Shown here: positions 24,479-31,681 of the stretch, one piece after another
Numbering within the stretch: position 1 is the stretch's first letter
Layout: the number at the start of each line of letters is the position of its first letter
Assembly: GCA_964586355.1 (NCBI GenBank)
Contig: CAZPGO010000005.1
Span: 1-32,000, forward strand
DNA: 32,000 bases
DNA from: an uncultured archaeon
GTDB taxonomy: Archaea; Iainarchaeota; Iainarchaeia; Iainarchaeales; CSSED10-239
Direction: 5' to 3'
Position numbers and translations under genes: made by a program
Notes under the pieces: model-generated
Databases searched by the model: none
What the model was told of the DNA's origin: nothing
Seen by the model: the letters and a program-made list of their open reading frames with translations, nothing else

Positions 24479-24544
24479 TAAATCAATTTGTTAATAAGTA
24501 CTTTTTATCACAAAACATGTGTAGAAGACATAAAAGGGGAATTT

Positions 24545-24703
24545 ATGATAAATGCAAGAGTGCAATTAGATCATGAAGCAAACAGAATTATTAATATGTT
24601 TAAAGCAAAATATGATTTAAAAGATTAAAGTGAAGCTATAAACAAATTTGTATTAGTACATAGTAAATTTGATGATGCGTATTATGAAATTTATAAAAAA
24701 TAG
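24545..24703 (+). pseudogene. Small (52-codon) ORF interrupted by an in-frame TAA at codon 28 (24626-24628); resembles small archaeal ribbon-helix-helix/antitoxin-like proteins
   Basis: GGGG lies about 8 nt upstream of the ATG. The translation is MINARVQLDHEANRIINMFKAKYDLKD*SEAINKFVLVHSKFDDAYYEIYKK*. From memory, the pattern '...NR.LN..KAKY.LKDKSEAI..' matches small archaeal DUF2683/RHH-like proteins, which have Lys (AAA) where this ORF has TAA. Confidence 0.5.
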
Positions 24704-24736
24704 ATCAAACCATCTTTTTTTAAATTTGTTTCTAAT

Positions 24737-24750
24737 TTATATATATTATA
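24737..24750 (+). promoter_or_regulatory. TATA-like box upstream of alaS
   Basis: ttatatatattata lies 21-34 nt upstream of the ATG at 24771. Confidence 0.3.
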
Positions 24751-24770
24751 AATGTTAAATTAGACCAATT

Positions 24771-26522
24771 ATGATAACAACAATAGAACTAAAAAAAAAA
24801 TATTTAGATTTTTTTAAAAGTAAAGAACATAAGGTAATAGATCAAGCCTCATTAATACCAGAAAATGATAATACCGTTCTTTTCACAACAGCAGGAATGC
24901 ATCCATTAGTGCCTTTCTTGTTAGGGCAACCTCATCCCTTAGGTAAAAGATTAACAAATTATCAACTCTGCTTAAGAACAACAGATATAGACTCTGTTGG
25001 AGATTCTACACATTTTTCTCTTTTTGAAATGCTTGGTAACTGGTCTCTTGGGGATTATTTTAAAAAAGAATCAATCTCTTTTTCTTCTGAATTTTTAACT
25101 AGTAAAGAATGGTTAGGTCTTGATAAGAATAGAATAGCAGTAACAGTTTTTTCAGGAAATAAAGATCTCCCAAAAGATCAAGAAGCTATTGATTGTTGGT
25201 TGAGAGAAGGTGTGCCAATAGAAAGAATAGTGGCAATAGAAGATAATTGGTGGGGTCCTGCAGGATCTAGTGGACCATGTGGACCTGATACAGAAATATT
25301 TTATTGGAAAGAGAATACTAAAGAACCACCAAAAGTTTTTGATCCAGATAATGAAAATTGGGTAGAGATCTGGAATAATGTTTTTATGGAGTATGATAAA
25401 ACAAAAGAAGGAGATTTTAAAACATTATCACAAAAAAATATAGATACTGGTCTTGGTACAGAAAGAGTGGTAATGGTCTTAAATGGATTAGAAGATGCTT
25501 TTTCTGTTGGAAAAATTAAAGAGATCTATGATTTTGTGTTTTTTATTTCTAAAGATAAAGAAAATATAAAAGCTATAAAAATAATAACAGATCATCTAAG
25601 AACCGCAACTTTTATTTTAGGCGATTCTAGATCTGTAATCCCAAGCAATACAGATCAAGGATATGTTTTAAGAAGATTTATTAGAAGGGCTATAAGATAT
25701 GGTAAACTAATTGGTATAGATACTTTCTTTTGTAAAAGTGTTGGAAATAAAATAATCAATCTTTATAAAGATGAATATCCTAATCTAGAAGAAAAAAAAG
25801 AAAACATTCTAAGAGAACTAGAAAACGAAGAAAACAAGTTTTTAAAAACTTTAGAAAATGGTCTAAAAGAGTTTAATAAGTTTGTAGAAAAACAAAACAA
25901 GCTTTCTGGAAAAGAAGCATTCTTGTTATACCAAAGTTATGGTTTTCCTATAGAGATGATTGAAGAACTAGCAAAAGAAAAGAACCTCTCTATAGATTTT
26001 AACAGCTTTAGAGAAGAAGAAAAAAAACATCAAGAACTTTCAAGAATAGGTGCTGAAAAAAAGTTTAAGGGAGGTCTTGCTGAGCACACAGATGTTACTA
26101 AAAAATATCACACAGCAACTCATCTTCTAAACGAAGCACTAAGAAGAGTACTTTCAAAAGATATTAAACAAAAAGGAAGTAACATAACCTCAGAAAGACT
26201 AAGATTTGATTTTAATTTTGATAGAAAATTAACTGATGAGGAGATCTCTTTGTTAGAAAATGAAGTAAACAATGTAATTTCTAAAGAATTACCTATAAAA
26301 AAAGAATCAATGACCTTAGAAGAAGCAATAAGCTTGGGAGCACAAGCAGAATTTGGAACCAAATATCCAGATGTTGTATTTGTTTATTTCGTAGGAGATT
26401 ATTCTAAAGAGATCTGTATGGGACCACATGTTGAGAACACAAAAGAACTGGGGTATTTTAAAATTATAAAAGAACAATCTATTTCAGCAGGGGTTAGAAG
26501 AATTAAAGCTATTTTAGAGTAA
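24771..26522 (+). CDS. alaS: Alanyl-tRNA synthetase, short bacterial-type form (583 aa) lacking the C-terminal C-Ala domain
   Basis: The N-terminus is LKKKYLDFFKSKEHKVIDQASLIPENDNTVLFTTAGM. GLGTERV and DHLRTATFILGD are present. The editing/SAD-type zinc motifs HTATH and CMGPH are also present. The protein ends shortly after the second motif. Confidence 0.9.
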   Translation: MITTIELKKKYLDFFKSKEHKVIDQASLIPENDNTVLFTTAGMHPLVPFLLGQPHPLGKRLTNYQLCLRTTDIDSVGDSTHFSLFEMLGNWSLGDYFKKESISFSSEFLTSKEWLGLDKNRIAVTVFSGNKDLPKDQEAIDCWLREGVPIERIVAIEDNWWGPAGSSGPCGPDTEIFYWKENTKEPPKVFDPDNENWVEIWNNVFMEYDKTKEGDFKTLSQKNIDTGLGTERVVMVLNGLEDAFSVGKIKEIYDFVFFISKDKENIKAIKIITDHLRTATFILGDSRSVIPSNTDQGYVLRRFIRRAIRYGKLIGIDTFFCKSVGNKIINLYKDEYPNLEEKKENILRELENEENKFLKTLENGLKEFNKFVEKQNKLSGKEAFLLYQSYGFPIEMIEELAKEKNLSIDFNSFREEEKKHQELSRIGAEKKFKGGLAEHTDVTKKYHTATHLLNEALRRVLSKDIKQKGSNITSERLRFDFNFDRKLTDEEISLLENEVNNVISKELPIKKESMTLEEAISLGAQAEFGTKYPDVVFVYFVGDYSKEICMGPHVENTKELGYFKIIKEQSISAGVRRIKAILE

Positions 26523-26526
26523 TTAT

Positions 26527-27609
26527 ATGAGCACAAAAATAACAATCCTATTTTTATTTTTTTTATTAATTTTAGGGGTCTTTTGTTTAAATTTTGATTA
26601 TTTTACAAAAATAAATAATACCGATTCTTCAAATCTTAATACCAGTAACTTTTATAGTGCAGATCTTAATAACCAGAATTTTGAAAAAGTAAATTTGTCT
26701 GTGTTTTTTTGTCCGGAGGATAATTGTAAAGAAAAGATCATATCTTTAATAGATGATTCTAAAAACTCTATAGAATGTGCGCTCTATTCTATTACAGATG
26801 ACGATGTTGCTCAAGCATTTATTTTAAAATCAAAAGATATAGATATAAAACTAGTAACAGATCTAACAAACACAAACAGATCAACCTCAAAAGTTGGTCT
26901 CTTAAAAGCTAATGGTGTTTTAGTTATTACAAATTCTGAGAAAGACAAATATATGCATAACAAATATTGTGTGTTTGATAAAAATATTTTATTAATTGGC
27001 TCTGCAAATTTTACTTTTAATTCTTTAGAAGAAAGTAACAATGATATTTTGGTTATACCTGATACTAATTTAGCAAAAGAATACTCAAAAAAAATAAACT
27101 CCTATTTTACAGATAATTTTTCTAAAAATTATTTTTTAAAAAAAAAGATTATAAAAAACACAGAGATCAATTTTTGTCCAAATGATAACTGTTTTGAGAG
27201 TGTTGTTAAGTATCTAAGGGCTAGTAAAGAATCTATTTATTGTATGCTATATAGTTACACATTAAATGATTTTACTTATGAGCTAAAAAGATTAAAAGCA
27301 CTACACCCAAATTTAGATATAAAAATAATTATTGAAGAAGATATATGTAATTATCCTTATTGTGAGTATACTTCTTTATTAAAAGATGATATAGAAATAA
27401 TATTTGATAAAAATAAAAAAAACATGCATCATAAATTTTGTGTTTTTGATAATTCTGTGGTTATGACTGGTTCTATGAACATGTCTTTAAATGGCATTTC
27501 CAATAACGAAGAGTCTTTAATTTTTATATCAGACGAGAATTTAGCAAGCAAATATTTAAATTATTTTAATAAATATTGGGCTTACTGGAATAATGAAAAT
27601 ACTAGTTAA
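26527..27609 (+). CDS. Membrane-anchored phospholipase D-family protein with two HKD motifs (Nuc-like tandem domains)
   Basis: The N-terminal hydrophobic helix is ITILFLFFLLILGVFCLNF. HKD motif 1 is HNKYCVFDKNILLIGSANF (26956-27009) and HKD motif 2 is HHKFCVFDNSVVMTGSMNM (27427-27480). Both fit H.K....D......GS.N exactly. The ATG lies 4 nt after the alaS stop. Confidence 0.85.
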   Translation: MSTKITILFLFFLLILGVFCLNFDYFTKINNTDSSNLNTSNFYSADLNNQNFEKVNLSVFFCPEDNCKEKIISLIDDSKNSIECALYSITDDDVAQAFILKSKDIDIKLVTDLTNTNRSTSKVGLLKANGVLVITNSEKDKYMHNKYCVFDKNILLIGSANFTFNSLEESNNDILVIPDTNLAKEYSKKINSYFTDNFSKNYFLKKKIIKNTEINFCPNDNCFESVVKYLRASKESIYCMLYSYTLNDFTYELKRLKALHPNLDIKIIIEEDICNYPYCEYTSLLKDDIEIIFDKNKKNMHHKFCVFDNSVVMTGSMNMSLNGISNNEESLIFISDENLASKYLNYFNKYWAYWNNENTS

Positions 27610-27638
27610 AAAAATATCATTTATAAATATTATGTATT

Positions 27639-27656
27639 CTATATATTATATATATT
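27639..27656 (+). promoter_or_regulatory. TATA-like box upstream of tRNA-Pro
   Basis: ctatatattatatatatt lies 13-30 nt upstream of the mature tRNA 5' end at 27669. Confidence 0.3.
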
Positions 27657-27668
27657 AAAATAATTTAA

Positions 27669-27742
27669 GGGGCTGTAGTGTAGTCTGGTCATCACGAGAG
27701 CTTTGGGAGCTTTTAACCCCAGTTCAAATCTGGGCAGCCTCA
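27669..27742 (+). tRNA. tRNA-Pro, anticodon UGG, no intron, CCA not encoded
   Basis: Hand-folded cloverleaf. Acceptor GGGGCTG/CAGCCTC (G1-C72, one G-U pair) with discriminator A. D-loop AGTCTGGTCA. Anticodon stem AGAGC/GCTTT with loop TT-TGG-GA. T-arm CCCAG-TTCAAAT-CTGGG. Confidence 0.85.
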
Positions 27743-27769
27743 CTTTTTGTATATGGGTGATTTTTTGCA

Positions 27770-28378
27770 ATGTTTAGAAAAGTATCAAAAATAACGGGAT
27801 TAAAATCAAAACAAAGAATTCCAAAAAAAAAAGTGGGTTTTTTTGAGAAAAAAGATGAACAGTTAGAAATTGATTTTGATGATGCTTTTAAAAAGATAAA
27901 ACCAAAACCTAGACCAAAACTAATTATAAAAAAATTAAGTCCACAAGAAAACCTTTCTAAAACCATTTCTAATTTTTTAAGAGCTAATAACATAGAGATT
28001 TTAAGTGAATTTTTAAAATCCGAAATAAGTTCAGCAACCAAAGAAAGAAAATTTGGTAAAAGATCTAATCTTGAAAAAATTTTAGCACATATCGAAGTTA
28101 TTAAAAAAAAAGAAGAAGAAATTGATTGGGCTCAAAAACAGCAAAAAAGACATTATCAAGATAGAGATCTAAATAGAGAGCTTAATGACGATATTTTCAG
28201 ATATAAAAGTGATATTGGCATTTTAGAAAAACAAATTATAAATTCAATGTCATCTTTATTTAGAGCAAGTTATCCTAAAAACTTTGCTGCTAATAATGTT
28301 GAATCCGTAATACTAAGAGAATATTTCTTATCTAAAAATAAGATGGGCTATCAAAAATATACTGTCCTTAAAGAATAG
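27770..28378 (+). CDS. Hypothetical basic, Lys-rich protein (202 aa)
   Basis: ATG start and a 609-nt ORF. The sequence is charged and probably coiled-coil, with no recognisable motif. It is preferred over the overlapping antisense 105-aa ORF, whose Phe-rich sequence is the mirror image of Lys codons. Confidence 0.55.
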   Translation: MFRKVSKITGLKSKQRIPKKKVGFFEKKDEQLEIDFDDAFKKIKPKPRPKLIIKKLSPQENLSKTISNFLRANNIEILSEFLKSEISSATKERKFGKRSNLEKILAHIEVIKKKEEEIDWAQKQQKRHYQDRDLNRELNDDIFRYKSDIGILEKQIINSMSSLFRASYPKNFAANNVESVILREYFLSKNKMGYQKYTVLKE

Positions 28379-28448
28379 ATTTATTCTAAAAAGATAACCT
28401 CTCCTTAATGTTTTTCTTAAATTAAAAGAGTTTATAAAGTATTTCAAT

Positions 28449-28462
28449 AATATATATTTATA
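28449..28462 (+). promoter_or_regulatory. TATA-like box upstream of proS
   Basis: aatatatatttata lies 22-35 nt upstream of the ATG at 28484. Confidence 0.3.
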
Positions 28463-28483
28463 CAAAATAAAAAGGAAAAAAAT

Positions 28484-29947
28484 ATGGTATCAAGTCAAGA
28501 ACTAAAAATAGAAGAATTTAATGAATGGTTTAATGATATTATATCTAGAGCAGAACTTGCAGACTTAAGATATAATATCAAAGGAATGGTTGTTTATAGA
28601 CCTTGGTCAACATACACTATAAACAAAATATTTAGATTATATGAAGATATTTTTGATGATACTGGTCATCAACAAGTAATTATGCCGTTATTGATACCAG
28701 AAGAAAACTTTTTTAAAGAAAAAGAGCATGTAGAAGGATTTACTCCAGAAGTGTTTTGGGTAACAGAGCATGGAGAAGAAAAATTTGAAACAAAATATGC
28801 TTTAAGACCAACAAGTGAGACAGCTTTTTATTATATGTATAGTTTATGGGTTGATAGTCATAGAGATTTGCCATACAAAAACTATCAAAGAGCAAATATC
28901 TTTAGATATGATACCAAGGCAACAAAACCTTTTTTTAGAGGAAGAGAATTTTATTTTTTTGAAAGTCATAATCTTTTTGAAAGTTATGAAGAATCTTATC
29001 AACAGGTATTAGAAGATATGCAAATTACTGAAGATATTATACATGTAGATCTTGCAATACCATTTATTTTCTTTAACAGACCACAATGGGATAAATTTCC
29101 TGGAGCAATTAATACTTATGGTGCTGATGCTTTAATGCCAAATGGTAAAACCACCCAAATAGTTACCACCCACACACTAGGTCAAAATTTTACAAAGCCT
29201 TTTGATGTTAAAATAAAAAATATTGATGAAGAAGTAGTGTATCCATATGGTACTTGTCATGGACCAGGAATAACTAGAATATATGGTGCATTAATTAGTA
29301 TTCATGGAGATAAGATTGGTCTAAGACTTCCTTTTAATCTAGCACCAACACAAATAATAATCACCCCATTATATTTTACTGGTTGTAATCTAGAAAAAAT
29401 AGAAAAAGTTTGTTTAGATTTTGCAACAGATTTAGATAAGCTTGGATATAAAGTAAAAATAGATGATTCAAAAGAAAAAAGACCAAAAGAAAGATTTGAG
29501 TACTATGAGATGAAAGGAGTACCTATAAGAATAGAAGTTGGTCCAAAAGATATAGATGATGGATCTGTTTTAATATTTAGAAGAGACACAAATGAAAAAA
29601 CAAGAGTCTGCTTTGCAGATGTTTTTGAAGAAATTAAAAATATTTCTGAAAGTTTTACAAATAATTTAAGAGATCAAGCAGATCAAGAGTTTGATGAAAG
29701 ATTAGTAAGTGTGGATTCTTATAAAGATCTTAAAGAAGAACTAGAAAAAGGAAAATTAATTAGAATACCTTTCTGTTCTATAGATTTTGATGGAAAAACC
29801 TGTGCCGATAAACTAAAAGCAGAAACAAATGGTGGAGAGATTAGAGGAACAAGAATGGATATTACTGAAGTTCCTGAGGACTCCCAAAAATGTTTGATCT
29901 GTAATAAAAAAGCAAATGTTTTTGTTTATGTTGCAAAAAGTTATTAA
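28484..29947 (+). CDS. proS: Prolyl-tRNA synthetase, archaeal/eukaryotic-type (no insertion editing domain, C-terminal Zn-binding domain ending in Tyr)
   Basis: At 487 aa it has the class II core (YALRPTSET, FRGREFYFFESH, TTHTLGQNF, anticodon-binding LAPTQIIITP). The C-terminus is CLICNKKANVFVYVAKSY, typical of this ProRS type. Confidence 0.9.
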   Translation: MVSSQELKIEEFNEWFNDIISRAELADLRYNIKGMVVYRPWSTYTINKIFRLYEDIFDDTGHQQVIMPLLIPEENFFKEKEHVEGFTPEVFWVTEHGEEKFETKYALRPTSETAFYYMYSLWVDSHRDLPYKNYQRANIFRYDTKATKPFFRGREFYFFESHNLFESYEESYQQVLEDMQITEDIIHVDLAIPFIFFNRPQWDKFPGAINTYGADALMPNGKTTQIVTTHTLGQNFTKPFDVKIKNIDEEVVYPYGTCHGPGITRIYGALISIHGDKIGLRLPFNLAPTQIIITPLYFTGCNLEKIEKVCLDFATDLDKLGYKVKIDDSKEKRPKERFEYYEMKGVPIRIEVGPKDIDDGSVLIFRRDTNEKTRVCFADVFEEIKNISESFTNNLRDQADQEFDERLVSVDSYKDLKEELEKGKLIRIPFCSIDFDGKTCADKLKAETNGGEIRGTRMDITEVPEDSQKCLICNKKANVFVYVAKSY

Positions 29948-29959
29948 TGTGAAATAAAT

Positions 29960-31681
29960 TTGGTAAAGTTTAGTGTTTTATCTAAATACTTTGAAAAAAT
30001 AGATAATACTTCAAGCAGACTAGAAATAACAAATATTTTGTTTGACTTATTTTCTATAACTGATAAAACAGAAATACAGTCCTTAATCTATTTTTGTCAA
30101 GGAAATATTGGCCCAAATTATTTATCAAAAGATATTAGTATAGGTCAATCTACTTTAATATCTCTTATTTCTCAATACACAGCAATTCCAGAAAAAGAGA
30201 TAAAAGAAGATTTTTTAGATAAAGGTGATTTAGGTCTAGTTATTGAAAAATCAGAATTAAAAAAAAAACAATCTACTTTATTTACCAGAGATCTTGATTT
30301 TTTAGAAGTTTTTGATATTTTTAAAAAAATAAGTGAAATAGAGGGTAAAGGGGCTATTGATGAAAAACAGAAACTACTAAAATCAGTTTTATTTAATCTA
30401 GATTCTACTTCTGCAAAATATATTATAAGATTTCCTATAGGTTTTAGATTAGGTTTTTCTGATTCCACAATAATTGATGCTCTTGCTTGTTTTGGTAAAG
30501 AAAATATTAAAGAATATAAACAATTAATTACAGAAAAATATCAATTAGTCTCAGATCTAGGATTACTTGCAAAAATAATTTTTGAAAAAGGAATAGAGAA
30601 AATAAAAAATTTAAAGATCACTCCCTTTATTCCAATAAAATCACAACTCTGTGAAAGATCTAAAAGTCTAGACGAAATTAAAGAAAGATTAGGAACTTTT
30701 GCAATTGATACTAAAGTTGATGGTTTTAGGCAACAGATTCATAAGGTAAAAAATAAAATAAAAATTTATTCTAGACAAGAAGAAGATATTACAGACATGT
30801 TTCCTGATGTTGTAGAAAATGTTAAAAAAATAGATCATGATTTTATTATTGATTGTGAAGCTATTGCATATGATTCTGAAAACCAAAAATATCATTCTTT
30901 TCAAATAACTATTACTAGAAAAAGAAAATATGATATCTTAGAAAAATCTAAAGAACTACCACTTCATCTAAAGGTCTTTGATTGTCTTTATTTAGATGAA
31001 AAAGAGATCTATAGCCTACCATTTATTGAAAGAAGAAGAATAGTTGAAGAATATTTTAATATTAATGATTTTGTAAAAGCAACAGAGATAAAAATAACAG
31101 ACGATGTTAATATCTTAGAAGATATATTTTTAGATAGATTAGCTTTAGGGTTTGAAGGAGTTATTTGTAAAGATCTTAATCAACCCTATAAGGCAGGATC
31201 TAGAGGGTATTCGTGGATAAAGTTTAAAAAATCATATAAAGGTAATTTAGACACTATAGACGCCGTGATTTTAGGGTATGACTCTGGGCAAGGTAAAAGA
31301 ACAGAGCTAGGCATAGGCGCTTTGCTTGTTGGAATCTATGATGGCGATACTGACAAATATTATACCATAGCAAAAGTAGGAACTGGCCTATCAGATGATG
31401 TCATAAGAGAGCTTTATGAAAGATTAGAAAAGAAAAAACTAATTAAAAAACCAGAATATATAGTTTCAAATATAGTTGTGGATAATTTTGTGGTTCCAGA
31501 AATTGTTGTTGAGATTAATTTTGATGAAATTACAAAAAGTCCAATACATACTCTAAAACTAGAATCTGATTCTTTGCAAGGTATTGCTTTAAGGTTTCCA
31601 AGGTTAGTAAAAATAAGAATGGACCGATCTAATAAGGAAACAACAAATAAAAAAGAAATAGAAAAAATTAGTACTGTTTAA
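29960..31681 (+). CDS. lig: ATP-dependent DNA ligase (Lig1/archaeal type with N-terminal DNA-binding domain), apparent TTG start
   Basis: The N-terminus F..LSKYFEKIDNTSSRLEITNIL is typical. Motif I is KVDGFR (30713-30730, Lys252). EGVICK and WIKFK motifs are present, followed by an OB-fold C-terminus. The only usable start between the in-frame proS stop (29945-29947) and the conserved N-terminus is TTG at 29960. Confidence 0.9.
   Translation: MVKFSVLSKYFEKIDNTSSRLEITNILFDLFSITDKTEIQSLIYFCQGNIGPNYLSKDISIGQSTLISLISQYTAIPEKEIKEDFLDKGDLGLVIEKSELKKKQSTLFTRDLDFLEVFDIFKKISEIEGKGAIDEKQKLLKSVLFNLDSTSAKYIIRFPIGFRLGFSDSTIIDALACFGKENIKEYKQLITEKYQLVSDLGLLAKIIFEKGIEKIKNLKITPFIPIKSQLCERSKSLDEIKERLGTFAIDTKVDGFRQQIHKVKNKIKIYSRQEEDITDMFPDVVENVKKIDHDFIIDCEAIAYDSENQKYHSFQITITRKRKYDILEKSKELPLHLKVFDCLYLDEKEIYSLPFIERRRIVEEYFNINDFVKATEIKITDDVNILEDIFLDRLALGFEGVICKDLNQPYKAGSRGYSWIKFKKSYKGNLDTIDAVILGYDSGQGKRTELGIGALLVGIYDGDTDKYYTIAKVGTGLSDDVIRELYERLEKKKLIKKPEYIVSNIVVDNFVVPEIVVEINFDEITKSPIHTLKLESDSLQGIALRFPRLVKIRMDRSNKETTNKKEIEKISTV

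Noticed and set aside
23122-24486. Minus-strand ORFs 23122-23349, 23330-23566 and 24271-24486, antisense to hisS.
   Set aside because: They are antisense to a well-supported aaRS gene, have low-complexity hydrophobic sequences and carry no signals.
24626-24628. The in-frame TAA read as evidence for stop-codon reassignment (an alternative genetic code).
   Set aside because: TAA terminates most well-supported genes in the window at the expected positions, and TAG and TGA are also used as stops. A single-gene defect is the simpler explanation.
26120-27041. Minus-strand ORFs 26120-26362 (inside alaS) and 26811-27041 (inside the PLD gene).
   Set aside because: They are antisense to motif-supported genes.
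27724-28041. A 105-aa minus-strand ORF overlapping the 3' end of tRNA-Pro and the 202-aa ORF.
   Set aside because: It overlaps a tRNA. It is shorter than the + strand ORF, and its Phe-rich sequence reflects antisense Lys codons.
28395-28415. The CCTCTCC string (reverse complement AAGGAGAGG) downstream of the 202-aa ORF, considered as a Shine-Dalgarno site for a minus-strand gene.
   Set aside because: No start codon follows at a suitable distance and there is no ORF on the minus strand.
28815-29012. A 65-aa + strand ORF in an alternative frame inside proS. Minus-strand ORFs 30172-30468 and 30689-30904 inside the ligase gene were treated the same way.
   Set aside because: They are embedded in strongly supported genes and there is no evidence for overlapping coding.
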